26,069 nt of DNA from a virus (taxonomy: Duplodnaviria > Caudoviricetes): positions 1 through 26,069 of IMG/VR virus record IMGVR_UViG_3300033123_000549; one strand, 5' to 3'. The notes below the pieces were generated by a model. That model had not been told where the DNA came from. It saw nothing but the letters and a program-made list of their open reading frames with translations, and did not search any database. How positions within the stretch are numbered: the stretch's first letter is position 1; every line of letters begins with the position of its first letter. Positions 1 through 7,659 of this stretch are shown piece by piece. A program made the translations under genes and the position numbers.

Positions 1-1416
1 AGTCGCTTTCAAAATATTGAATGAAAACGGAATCGCCTGGTTCAGATCGACCGTGTTATTTGTCAAAGCAACAGTTGAAGCGCCAAATCCGGTATTATTT
101 GCGGCCTGCCAAATTCTTAAATTTGTGGCAGACGTAACGACGGCCAAAACTTCGGCCTGAATGTTTGTGATTGAAGCGGCCAAAGCTGAAGTCCCGAAAA
201 TAGCATTTCCGACGATCGTATTCGATCCGATTCGAATTCGTGGCGTTTTGGTTCCAGCGTTTCCAGTAAATGAATAAAGGAATCCGATTCGAATAATATC
301 GCCAGCCGAAAGAGAACCGGCCGGAATTGAAAGCGTTTGAATAACGGTTTCGATATTGTTCCCAGGATTTCCAGCCAACGCCGCCCCGGTGTAAATAAGC
401 GCCGGAAGGATCGCTTTCGGAATTCGCGCCGTCGCAAAAGTTCCGGTCGTTATTTTCGAAGAGTCCAGGTTTGGAATTCGGGCCGTGTCGAAAGATCCTG
501 ACGTAATTTTCGAAGAATCGAGCGAAGGAATCCGGGCCGCGTCAAACGTTCCGGTTCCGGTTTTGGAAGCGTCGAGCGTTGGAATTCGCGCGGCGTCAAA
601 AGTTCCGGAAGTAATTTTTGCGGCGTCCAAGTTTGGAACGTCGGCCGAAGCGATCGCGCGCGCCTTCCATTGGTTCGAACTTAATTCGAAAAAAAGTCCG
701 TTCCTGTCGGCTGGATTTTGCGCCTGGACGTCGTGAAGTTCGTCCAATTCGTAACCGTTTTGAATTTTTATTTCGATCGATCCCTGGTTCGCGTGTTGGC
801 GCGTAACGACGCCAATATAAACCAAGTGATTCGGCGCGTATTGTTTTACTGAAGTATAATCGCCGGCCGTGGTGGCGCTCAAATAAAGCTGGGTTCCTTC
901 CGCATAGGCGGACGTATTAAGGCCGGCAATTTCGCCGAAAACAAGCGCGACGCCGTTTTGATTTGTTGGAAGATCGGAATAAATAACGCCGAAGGTTTGC
1001 GCGCTGGTAGCGTCCGAAGTCGCGATCGCTTTCGAAACGGTCGCTTTGTTACCTGACGCGCCAGAAATATAAACGACGGTTCCCTTTGTAAGCGTTGCGC
1101 CGGTTTCGTTTCGTACTTCGCGAAATACGGCCTTCGAATTCACGTAAGCCGGAAAAGGCGTCGGAGTTCCGGCGCCGTTTAAATAATCGGACGCCGTTCC
1201 GGTTGGAATATCGAATTTGCCAGCGACTTCGGTTTCCAAATTTGCGACCGAAGTTTCCAGGCCGGAAACAGCCAAAGAAGCGGCCGCGATTTCGGTTTGA
1301 AGATCGGTAAACGAAGGACATTCCAAAAGGTCGGCGCAGTTGAAAGCGGCGCCGCCGCCAGCGGTTTGAAGCGTGGCGCTTCCAGTCAAAGAAGACAAAG
1401 TTCCGGTTCCGTTCAT
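1..1416 (-). CDS. Tail fibre / receptor-binding structural protein, N-terminal 472 codons (continues across the window junction at 26016..26069)
   Basis: Own translation from ATG at 1416: MNGTGTLSSLTGSATLQ...EVRNETGATLTKGTVVYISGASGNKATV...GYELDELHDV...IPNLDSSKITTGTFATAR repeats...FNILKAT. Open to position 1 with no stop, which is why the ORF track lacks it. Rich in Thr/Gly/Ala/Ser, as expected for a fibre. Confidence 0.75.
   Translation of the reverse strand, partial: MNGTGTLSSLTGSATLQTAGGGAAFNCADLLECPSFTDLQTEIAAASLAVSGLETSVANLETEVAGKFDIPTGTASDYLNGAGTPTPFPAYVNSKAVFREVRNETGATLTKGTVVYISGASGNKATVSKAIATSDATSAQTFGVIYSDLPTNQNGVALVFGEIAGLNTSAYAEGTQLYLSATTAGDYTSVKQYAPNHLVYIGVVTRQHANQGSIEIKIQNGYELDELHDVQAQNPADRNGLFFELSSNQWKARAIASADVPNLDAAKITSGTFDAARIPTLDASKTGTGTFDAARIPSLDSSKITSGSFDTARIPNLDSSKITTGTFATARIPKAILPALIYTGAALAGNPGNNIETVIQTLSIPAGSLSAGDIIRIGFLYSFTGNAGTKTPRIRIGSNTIVGNAIFGTSALAASITNIQAEVLAVVTSATNLRIWQAANNTGFGASTVALTNNTVDLNQAIPFSFNILKAT
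419..634 (-). repeat. Four tandem 54-bp repeats encoding an 18-aa fibre repeat (IPxLD(A/S)(A/S)K(I/T)x(S/T)G(T/S)F(D/A)xAR)
   Basis: GGAAT units start at 419, 473, 527 and 581, with a partial unit at 635. Period is 54 bp. Confidence 0.9.
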
Positions 1417-1420
1417 TTCG

Positions 1421-1750
1421 TTAAAAATTTGTTTTTTGAATTTCGGTTTTGAAATCGATCCGCGTCGTTATGATTTCCGAAAGATCGGTTTTTTGAAGTT
1501 TCACGTCCGCGAATATTTTTCCCGGTTTGCAAGCGTCCAGCGCTTCGAACGGAATCGTTCCGGAAATCGCCACCGAAGAAACCGAAAGCGCGCCGCCGTC
1601 GCCGTTGTTTTGTTCCAGGAAGGGACGGCCGTCGATATTCCACAAAACGAAAACTTCGTCCATTGAAGAAGGATCGAAAACCGATCCGTCCGAATTTTTC
1701 AATTCGATTTCAAAGTTTAAAGTTGAAGGATAAATTTTTTGATAAGCCAT
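1421..1750 (-). CDS. Hypothetical structural protein (possible Ig-like/BppU-like adaptor next to the fibre)
   Basis: 109-aa ORF, tightly packed in the operon, with an A-rich upstream region. Function inferred from position only. Confidence 0.55.
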   Translation of the reverse strand: MAYQKIYPSTLNFEIELKNSDGSVFDPSSMDEVFVLWNIDGRPFLEQNNGDGGALSVSSVAISGTIPFEALDACKPGKIFADVKLQKTDLSEIITTRIDFKTEIQKTNF

Positions 1751-1753
1751 TTT

Positions 1754-2044
1754 TTACTTTTTAATTAGGTGGCGTTTGTGAAATAAAAAGGCCCAAAGGA
1801 AAACGAAGGCCAGTCCAACATTCAAAACTAATTCCGGAAGCGTTGGCTTCGGCGCGGTTAAAACATTAAACAAAGCGCCCAGAACCATTCCAATAAGACC
1901 AGCGCGAAGCGTCCAATTTTGAACGAACGGCCAGCGGTGAACGATCTTCGATTCATCGCCGTAAATCATAATATAAAACGCCGTTAAAGATCCGCCGAAA
2001 ATTACGTTCGCGATCCAGTTAATTATTTGAATCGTCGCTTCCAT
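1754..2044 (-). CDS. Small membrane protein, holin-like
   Basis: 96 aa with three hydrophobic segments and a basic C-terminus (HKRHLIKK). Confidence 0.6.
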   Translation of the reverse strand: MEATIQIINWIANVIFGGSLTAFYIMIYGDESKIVHRWPFVQNWTLRAGLIGMVLGALFNVLTAPKPTLPELVLNVGLAFVFLWAFLFHKRHLIKK

Positions 2045-2315
2045 TTTTGAAAACTTTTTTTGTCAAAGATTCGATTCCTTTCAGGCCGAAATAACCGAGC
2101 AAAAAAGCGACGCCGAACTGGGCTTTTCCTTCCAAATTTGCGTACTTAATTACCAAAGGCGTTAAATAGTTAGCCGACAAAGTTCCGGAAACGATTCCGA
2201 AAACCGACGCGCGAAGATTTTTCGCGGCCCTTTTGCCGACCATAATTAAAGAACCAAACATTCCGACCAGCGAAAGCGAAAGATCGATTCCAAATTCTTC
2301 GAAAAACGTTTTCAT
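2019..2315 (-). CDS. Putative holin
   Basis: 98 aa with three hydrophobic helices (SLSLVGMFGSLIMV; VFGIVSGTLSANYLTPLV; FGVAFLLGYFGLKG) and a charged C-terminus. Confidence 0.65.
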   Translation of the reverse strand: MKTFFEEFGIDLSLSLVGMFGSLIMVGKRAAKNLRASVFGIVSGTLSANYLTPLVIKYANLEGKAQFGVAFLLGYFGLKGIESLTKKVFKNGSDDSNN

Positions 2316-2791
2316 ATTGCGCGAATTCCGAAGGCCGGTTTTATGGATTTTCGTCCGGTTGAAAAATAAGACGTTCCACCGATCGCCCAGTTTTGGAAGT
2401 TCAAAAAGTTCAAAAGCCGAACTTTTTCTTCGTTCGCGATTTCCTGGTAATAGGAAATTATTTCGCCGCGTCCGCGATCCGAAACGCCCTGAGAAGTATC
2501 GTCGATAAGTTCACGGACGCCGAACTGGGTAGCGTTTTTTCCGTACAAAGCGAAAAAGCGCGCCGCCGTCGAAGCGATCGCGTAGGGTTGAACGTAATTT
2601 TTCCAAAACGTTTTCAGATCGGATTCTTCCGAAGTTTCTTCCAGGGCCGCGACGGCGTCAAATAACGCGCCGCCCAAAAGCGGCTGAATATCGTATCGAA
2701 TAGCGTCTTCGATAAACGGCTGAATTTTTGAATCCGGAACCTGAAGCGAAATCGCCGAAACTTTTTCCGTAATATCTTTTTTTGTAATCAT
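2312..2791 (-). CDS. Putative head-tail connector/adaptor protein
   Basis: 159-aa helical protein directly after the portal (TAATG overlap). The DIQPLLGGALFD segment resembles post-portal proteins of Bacteroidota phages (recalled, not searched). Confidence 0.55.
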   Translation of the reverse strand: MITKKDITEKVSAISLQVPDSKIQPFIEDAIRYDIQPLLGGALFDAVAALEETSEESDLKTFWKNYVQPYAIASTAARFFALYGKNATQFGVRELIDDTSQGVSDRGRGEIISYYQEIANEEKVRLLNFLNFQNWAIGGTSYFSTGRKSIKPAFGIRAI

Positions 2792-4152
2792 TACAAACCA
2801 GGATTTTGAGTTTGAACAGGCCCCAAACCAATAAGCGAACGAATTTCTTCGTCCGTCATTTTTTCCAGGACTTTATTCGCCACCAAAGGCGAAAGCGAAT
2901 TCAAAGCGTTAAGAACAATTTCGGCGGAACCAGCGACCTTTTCCGGTAACGGTTGAAGGCCAGCCAGGGCGCGAATTTCGTCTTCGCTCATTTTCGCCAA
3001 AACTTCGGACGGAATGAATTCGAAAATCGACAAAGGAACGATTTTCCATTCGATCGACGGAATGATCGCGGCGAATAAGCGTTCGATCATTCTTTGAAGT
3101 CCAGAAATCGTTTGAACAAATAATTTTATCGAATTCGAAAGCGCCTGGGTATTTCCCAAAATAGCCGCGACGTCCTGGCCGACGATAACCGGCGGAACGC
3201 CGAAGTGGCGCGAAACGGCGGCTGAAATCGTCGATCGGATTTCCTTTGTTCCATTCAAAAGCGCGGCGCTGTTAATCGTCGAAACTTCCGGCTTTGAATC
3301 GTTGTTTCGACCTTCCAAAACCATAACTTCGGCGCCGTCTTCGTTCACGAACTTTCGAATTTCTTCCGTGAAAACGTCGGCTTCGGAAGGGCCTTTCGGA
3401 TTTCCGTTTTCGTCGCGTTCGATTTCGTCCGAAAGTTGGTAAGGTAGCGAAATGATAACTTTTCCTTTGAAACCTTTTTTGATATTTCGACGATCCAGGC
3501 GCTGGATAGCGGCGTCGCTTTCGACATCTTCCAGGCCAGCGATCCAGGGCGGCGAAGGATAGCGTCCGGAAACGTCGGCTTCGCTGGGTTGGTGGAAATA
3601 TAAAATTTCGCCTATTTGTCGATCGTATTTTTCCAGGTCGCTTTCGATTTGTTGGGTACGCTTTTCCAAGTCCAGCGAAGGGTTGAAAGCGTGAATGAAA
3701 ATTTCTTCCGATTTCCCTTTTTCCCAGTCGTCCTTATAATAAAAGCCGCCGTTCGTCGCGGCGCGAAGTCGTGCGATCGGTACCTTGTAAAATTCGGCCG
3801 GTTTGCCGGCGTTATTGTATAAAACGCGGACGGCGAAGGCCGACCAAAACGCGCCCTGGGAAAGTTCAGAAAGCAAGTCGGCGGCTGTTTGCTTTTCGTT
3901 TACTTTGATTTTTCCGAAATCCGGATTCGAAAATCCTTTTCCTTCCGTGAACTGGGCAATTCGCGAAACACATTCCGCCGCCGTTCCTGAATCGAAAACG
4001 ACTTTTTGCGCCAGGTTTGGAAATTTATTCGTTTTTCCCCAGTTTATTATTTCGCCGGTTTTCGAAAGTTCGTTCGGTTCGTAATAGGCGGAAACGCGTT
4101 TTTCGTCGATTTTCGCGACGATCATTTCTTCCGAAAAAGTTTTCCGTTTCAT
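2791..4152 (-). CDS. Portal protein
   Basis: About 453 aa from ATG 4152 (TAATG overlap with the upstream stop). Motifs WGKTNKFP, YPSPPW and ISAAVSRHFGVPPVIVG are portal-like. Confidence 0.8.
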   Translation of the reverse strand: MKRKTFSEEMIVAKIDEKRVSAYYEPNELSKTGEIINWGKTNKFPNLAQKVVFDSGTAAECVSRIAQFTEGKGFSNPDFGKIKVNEKQTAADLLSELSQGAFWSAFAVRVLYNNAGKPAEFYKVPIARLRAATNGGFYYKDDWEKGKSEEIFIHAFNPSLDLEKRTQQIESDLEKYDRQIGEILYFHQPSEADVSGRYPSPPWIAGLEDVESDAAIQRLDRRNIKKGFKGKVIISLPYQLSDEIERDENGNPKGPSEADVFTEEIRKFVNEDGAEVMVLEGRNNDSKPEVSTINSAALLNGTKEIRSTISAAVSRHFGVPPVIVGQDVAAILGNTQALSNSIKLFVQTISGLQRMIERLFAAIIPSIEWKIVPLSIFEFIPSEVLAKMSEDEIRALAGLQPLPEKVAGSAEIVLNALNSLSPLVANKVLEKMTDEEIRSLIGLGPVQTQNPGL

Positions 4153-4589
4153 TATTCGAAAATAAAGAATTTCGCCCAAACCGGGAAAGCGTCCAGCGCT
4201 TTTTTTATTGTTTCCTGGTTCACTTTTTCCGAAATCAAATCGGAATAACTGAAGGAAATATTTTTTCCGTCGATTTTACCGGAAAAATTCATTCCGGCAA
4301 ATTTTGGATCGATCGAAATTTTCTTTTCGATATTTGTTTCGATCGTCGATTCGACGTTCGATTCGATCGCGGTTTCGATTTCCGCGTTTTGTTTTGGTTT
4401 TGCTTTTGCCATTTCGTCAATTTTTTGGAAATGTTTTTTAAGAATCGGATAAACTTCGGCGGCGCCTTCGTAACAATTACAAACGGAAAAAGAAAGGGCC
4501 GTTTTGGCGTAATTTACCAAAGCGGCCCAGTCGTTTCGATCCGTTTCGCCGAAATCCTTTTTTAAGATTTCGCGAACGTTGGATTCCAT
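4152..4589 (-). CDS. Hypothetical protein
   Basis: 145-aa ORF filling the gap between tail tube and portal. Has a low-complexity IESNVESTIETNIE linker and a possible internal start at MAKAKPK. Confidence 0.65.
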   Translation of the reverse strand: MESNVREILKKDFGETDRNDWAALVNYAKTALSFSVCNCYEGAAEVYPILKKHFQKIDEMAKAKPKQNAEIETAIESNVESTIETNIEKKISIDPKFAGMNFSGKIDGKNISFSYSDLISEKVNQETIKKALDAFPVWAKFFIFE

Positions 4590-4598
4590 TTTTCGAAA

Positions 4599-5213
4599 TT
4601 ACGCTTCGAGTCCTTCGATTGCAGACAAAGCGTCGGCGTAATCGTCGGCGGCGAACATTATTTTCGGCAAGTTGTAAGCCGCGCCGGACAAAGCGATAAC
4701 CGTTCCGGTTGAATCGGTTAAAGCGGTTCCAGTTTGGTACGTTCCAGCCGAAGGTAAAAGTCCGTCTTCGGTTTCAACGGCGGCCTTGAATGGATTCCAG
4801 GATAAACCGTAAATTTCGAAGCCGTTGTTCGAAGCGCTTCCGGTTCCTTTGCGTTCAATGATTGCGAACATAGGGCCGCCAGCAAGAAGCAAATTTTCGA
4901 CGCTTTTCATTTGCGCGCCGGTAACCGGAAAAAGCGTCGCGTTTACCGTGTGAGTAAACGTCGAAGGGCCATTTTCGGAAACGGTCAATTCCGCCTGCGC
5001 GTTGTTCGTCAATTTTTTACCCTGGTAAGGATAAATGTATTTTGAAGCGCCCAAGGTGAACGTCGCGATTTGTCCGTTCGCGTCAAGCGTTACGGCCGAA
5101 ATATCGGCGATCGATCCCAGCCAGATTCGGGAATCGATCCCGCCCTGGCGTTTGAGCGCGTCGCAGTTTGCCTGGATCGCGCTCAAAGTGTTAGTACAAG
5201 TTACTGAAGCCAT
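4599..5213 (-). CDS. Putative major tail (tube) protein
   Basis: 204 aa directly after the capsid gene. N-terminal C-x10-C...GGI pattern and beta-rich composition match post-capsid tube-like proteins of Bacteroidota phages. Confidence 0.6.
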   Translation of the reverse strand: MASVTCTNTLSAIQANCDALKRQGGIDSRIWLGSIADISAVTLDANGQIATFTLGASKYIYPYQGKKLTNNAQAELTVSENGPSTFTHTVNATLFPVTGAQMKSVENLLLAGGPMFAIIERKGTGSASNNGFEIYGLSWNPFKAAVETEDGLLPSAGTYQTGTALTDSTGTVIALSGAAYNLPKIMFAADDYADALSAIEGLEA

Positions 5214-5234
5214 TTTTTAAGGGTTAAGCGTTGC

Positions 5235-6221
5235 TTAATAGTTACATTGAACGGTAAAGTTCTTCGGGAACATTACGGCCGTATCGAGCGAAAATTTCGC
5301 CTTTACGAACATAGTATCGGCGTAGTTGTATTTTTTCCCGATTTCGATTGTATTCGTATCGGAAAACAAGTCCGCGCCGACTACCAAATCGTTCGCTGGG
5401 CCAGCGATCAAACAAGCGGCCGCGGTGTTGGTGGTGTAAGTCAAAGGAACGAATTTCACTGGAATTCCTTGGTAGAAAACTTCTTTCGTTTCGGGAATAA
5501 CGGTGAAAACGTCGCGGTAAGTTGCGGCGGAATTCTTCGCCAAAATTGCCTGGTAATATTGCAAAGGTGCAAAGATTGTAAAATCTTCGCGCATAACGGC
5601 AGTTGAAGGACAAGCGGCTAACAAATTCGCGAAAGCGGTCGCCACGTCGGTCGATTTTGTCGCGATAGTTGCGTCGGTTAAAGCGATCGCGGACGTAACG
5701 GTTGCCTTCGCCCAGAGGCCGTTCATAGTTACCAAAGCGTCTGACTGCGACCAGCCGCGCTTAATATCGGCGTTTAAAGATGAAGCAGCCACGGCGGTTT
5801 TGTCGGCGGTTTTCACGTTTTGCCAAATCGCGCGTTCAATGGAAGAACCGAATTTCCCGGCGAAGTGTTCCATTACGGCGCGCTCGAATTCGTTTGAAAT
5901 CATATTGAAAGAACCGGGCGCCATATCAACGGCGAAACGCGATCCGCGAAGCGTGTTCGGATCGAATTCTTCGTACAACATAACCTGAACAGGCGCGAGC
6001 GAAGTATCGCTGGGCGTCAAGGCGGTGGAAGTCGTTGGTTCCGCCTGGTAATCTTTGATCGCGGTTGTTGAACTCATCGACGTTAAAATAGTCGCGTCCT
6101 TTACGTTATCGATCAAACGAACGTAACCGTCGCGAACGGTTTTGTTCGCGAAGAAAATTTCCTGAAAAATTTCCTGGTAAAGTGTACCGGAGTACAAATT
6201 TGGAGAATAGGTTAAAGCCAT
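5235..6221 (-). CDS. Major capsid protein
   Basis: 328 aa directly downstream of the protease/scaffold gene. Size fits the HK97 fold; IERAIWQ and YQGIPVKFVP...NDLVVGADL segments are capsid-like. Confidence 0.8.
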   Translation of the reverse strand: MALTYSPNLYSGTLYQEIFQEIFFANKTVRDGYVRLIDNVKDATILTSMSSTTAIKDYQAEPTTSTALTPSDTSLAPVQVMLYEEFDPNTLRGSRFAVDMAPGSFNMISNEFERAVMEHFAGKFGSSIERAIWQNVKTADKTAVAASSLNADIKRGWSQSDALVTMNGLWAKATVTSAIALTDATIATKSTDVATAFANLLAACPSTAVMREDFTIFAPLQYYQAILAKNSAATYRDVFTVIPETKEVFYQGIPVKFVPLTYTTNTAAACLIAGPANDLVVGADLFSDTNTIEIGKKYNYADTMFVKAKFSLDTAVMFPKNFTVQCNY

Positions 6222-6245
6222 TTTTTTTATTTGTTTTTTAGATTT

Positions 6246-7379
6246 TTAGAAGTTGCGGCGGTTTGCGCGGTGTTTTTGCGCGGCCGTTTGGTTTTTGGGT
6301 TCGAATTGATTTTGAAAGTTTCCGGCGCCTGGAACTTTGTTCAAAACGTCTTTCAGTTGATTTTGAACGCCTTCCAATTTTTGCGCGAATTCGGCTTCTA
6401 AAGAAGCGATTTTTTCATTCGCGGCGGAAAGTTCGTTTTCCAAATTTTCGATCTTCGCCTGTGGATCGATTAGTTCCATAGCTACGCCGTCCAATACGAC
6501 CAAAATCCGGCCGTCCTGAAGCGTGTGTTCGCCGTCCGGCGCGGCGATCGTCATTTGATCATCTAAATAGACTTTAGTCGTTCCAGGAACGATTTCTTCG
6601 CCTTCGAAATAAACTTCGGTAACGCCGTCCATTAAGTAAAGATTCCCGTTCACTGGTTCCGGGCCTTCATTTTTTACCAATTTCGAAAGCGTGTTTTCGA
6701 TTTTGGAAAATAGTTCTTCGATTTTATTCATTTTTTGAGAATTAGTTTTTTCTTCGAATTTTGCCGCGATCAAATCGGAATAAATAAACGATTTAAAGTT
6801 TGCGGCGTTTGGTGTGGAATTAATTTTTCCGGTAGCGAATCCAAGCGAAACGACTTCCGCCGGATCGATCATTTCGTCGCGATTCATATATTCGCGAATT
6901 TTCGCTTTGATCGTTTCGTCCGTAATATTTAAAACGTCGATATAAGTTTGAAAAATCTTTTCCGAAATGGAATCCAGTTCGTCGGCGAACGCTTTCAAAT
7001 CTTCGGACGTCAAAAGGCCAGGATAGCCTTCGAAATCCAGGCGCGCGTTATGAATTAAAAAATTCGCGTTTTCCGAAATCAAACGTTCGTCGCCAGTCAA
7101 AAAGATAACCGTCGCGATCGAGTTCGCGCGATAGGCCTTCGTAGTAATTTTGCGCCCAGGAACGGCCGCCTTCCATTCGTTCAAAAGATCGAAAATTTCG
7201 TAACCGATCCGGACGTTTCCGCCGTCGCTTCGAATTTCGATCGAAAGTTCGTTTTCGTTTGGATCGAGCGCGGCCAGGCGTTCGGATAGCATCGAAGACG
7301 AAAAATTTTCATCGCCGCCAAAGATCGACGCGAACGAATTACTTTCGCCAATGTGGCCTGAAATTTTGATCGTTTCCAT
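6246..7379 (-). CDS. ClpP-like (S14) prohead protease with C-terminal scaffold region
   Basis: IRSDGGNV, ANSIATVIF (catalytic Ser) and FLIHNA (His). The C-terminal part has APDGEHTLQDGRILVV and a coiled coil. ATG at 7379. Confidence 0.85.
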   Translation of the reverse strand: METIKISGHIGESNSFASIFGGDENFSSSMLSERLAALDPNENELSIEIRSDGGNVRIGYEIFDLLNEWKAAVPGRKITTKAYRANSIATVIFLTGDERLISENANFLIHNARLDFEGYPGLLTSEDLKAFADELDSISEKIFQTYIDVLNITDETIKAKIREYMNRDEMIDPAEVVSLGFATGKINSTPNAANFKSFIYSDLIAAKFEEKTNSQKMNKIEELFSKIENTLSKLVKNEGPEPVNGNLYLMDGVTEVYFEGEEIVPGTTKVYLDDQMTIAAPDGEHTLQDGRILVVLDGVAMELIDPQAKIENLENELSAANEKIASLEAEFAQKLEGVQNQLKDVLNKVPGAGNFQNQFEPKNQTAAQKHRANRRNF

Positions 7380-7448
7380 TATTTGCAAAATTCAAAACTT
7401 TTTCGTAATCTTTGAAACGATCATTCAAAAAAGCAAATAAAAAAAAGA

Positions 7449-7616
7449 ATGAAAAAACCGAAATTTATCATCGCGGAAATCGACGAAGATTTGAAACAAA
7501 GATTCGATTCGAAAGTCCGCGAAGAAGGATCGAAGAATTCGCGCGTCCTTCGCCGTTTGATTCGGGCGTACATTACGAACGAAAACGACCAAAATAAAAA
7601 AGGCGCTTCCGATTAA
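7449..7616 (+). CDS. Ribbon-helix-helix (CopG/Arc-like) DNA-binding protein, 55 aa
   Basis: Own translation: MKKPKFIIAEIDEDLKQRFDSKVREEGSKNSRVLRRLIRAYITNENDQNKKGASD. Strand-helix-G-x-x-x-S-helix pattern. A-rich upstream region; below the ORF-track size cutoff. Confidence 0.75.
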   Translation: MKKPKFIIAEIDEDLKQRFDSKVREEGSKNSRVLRRLIRAYITNENDQNKKGASD

Positions 7617-7633
7617 AGAAGACGCCCTTTTTT
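7596..7633. terminator. Probable bidirectional intrinsic terminator between the converging RHH and tape measure genes
   Basis: AAAAAA-GGCGCTTC-CGATTAAA-GAAGACGCC-CTTTTT: an imperfect stem flanked by A and T runs. Confidence 0.6.
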
Positions 7634-7659
7634 CGGCCGCTTTTCACCTGGCCTATATT

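Noticed and set aside
419-634. Fibre repeats as a CRISPR array or diversity-generating retroelement TR/VR pair
   Set aside because: They are in-frame 18-aa protein repeats with largely synonymous variation, there is no adenine-specific mismatch pattern, and I found no reverse transcriptase gene.
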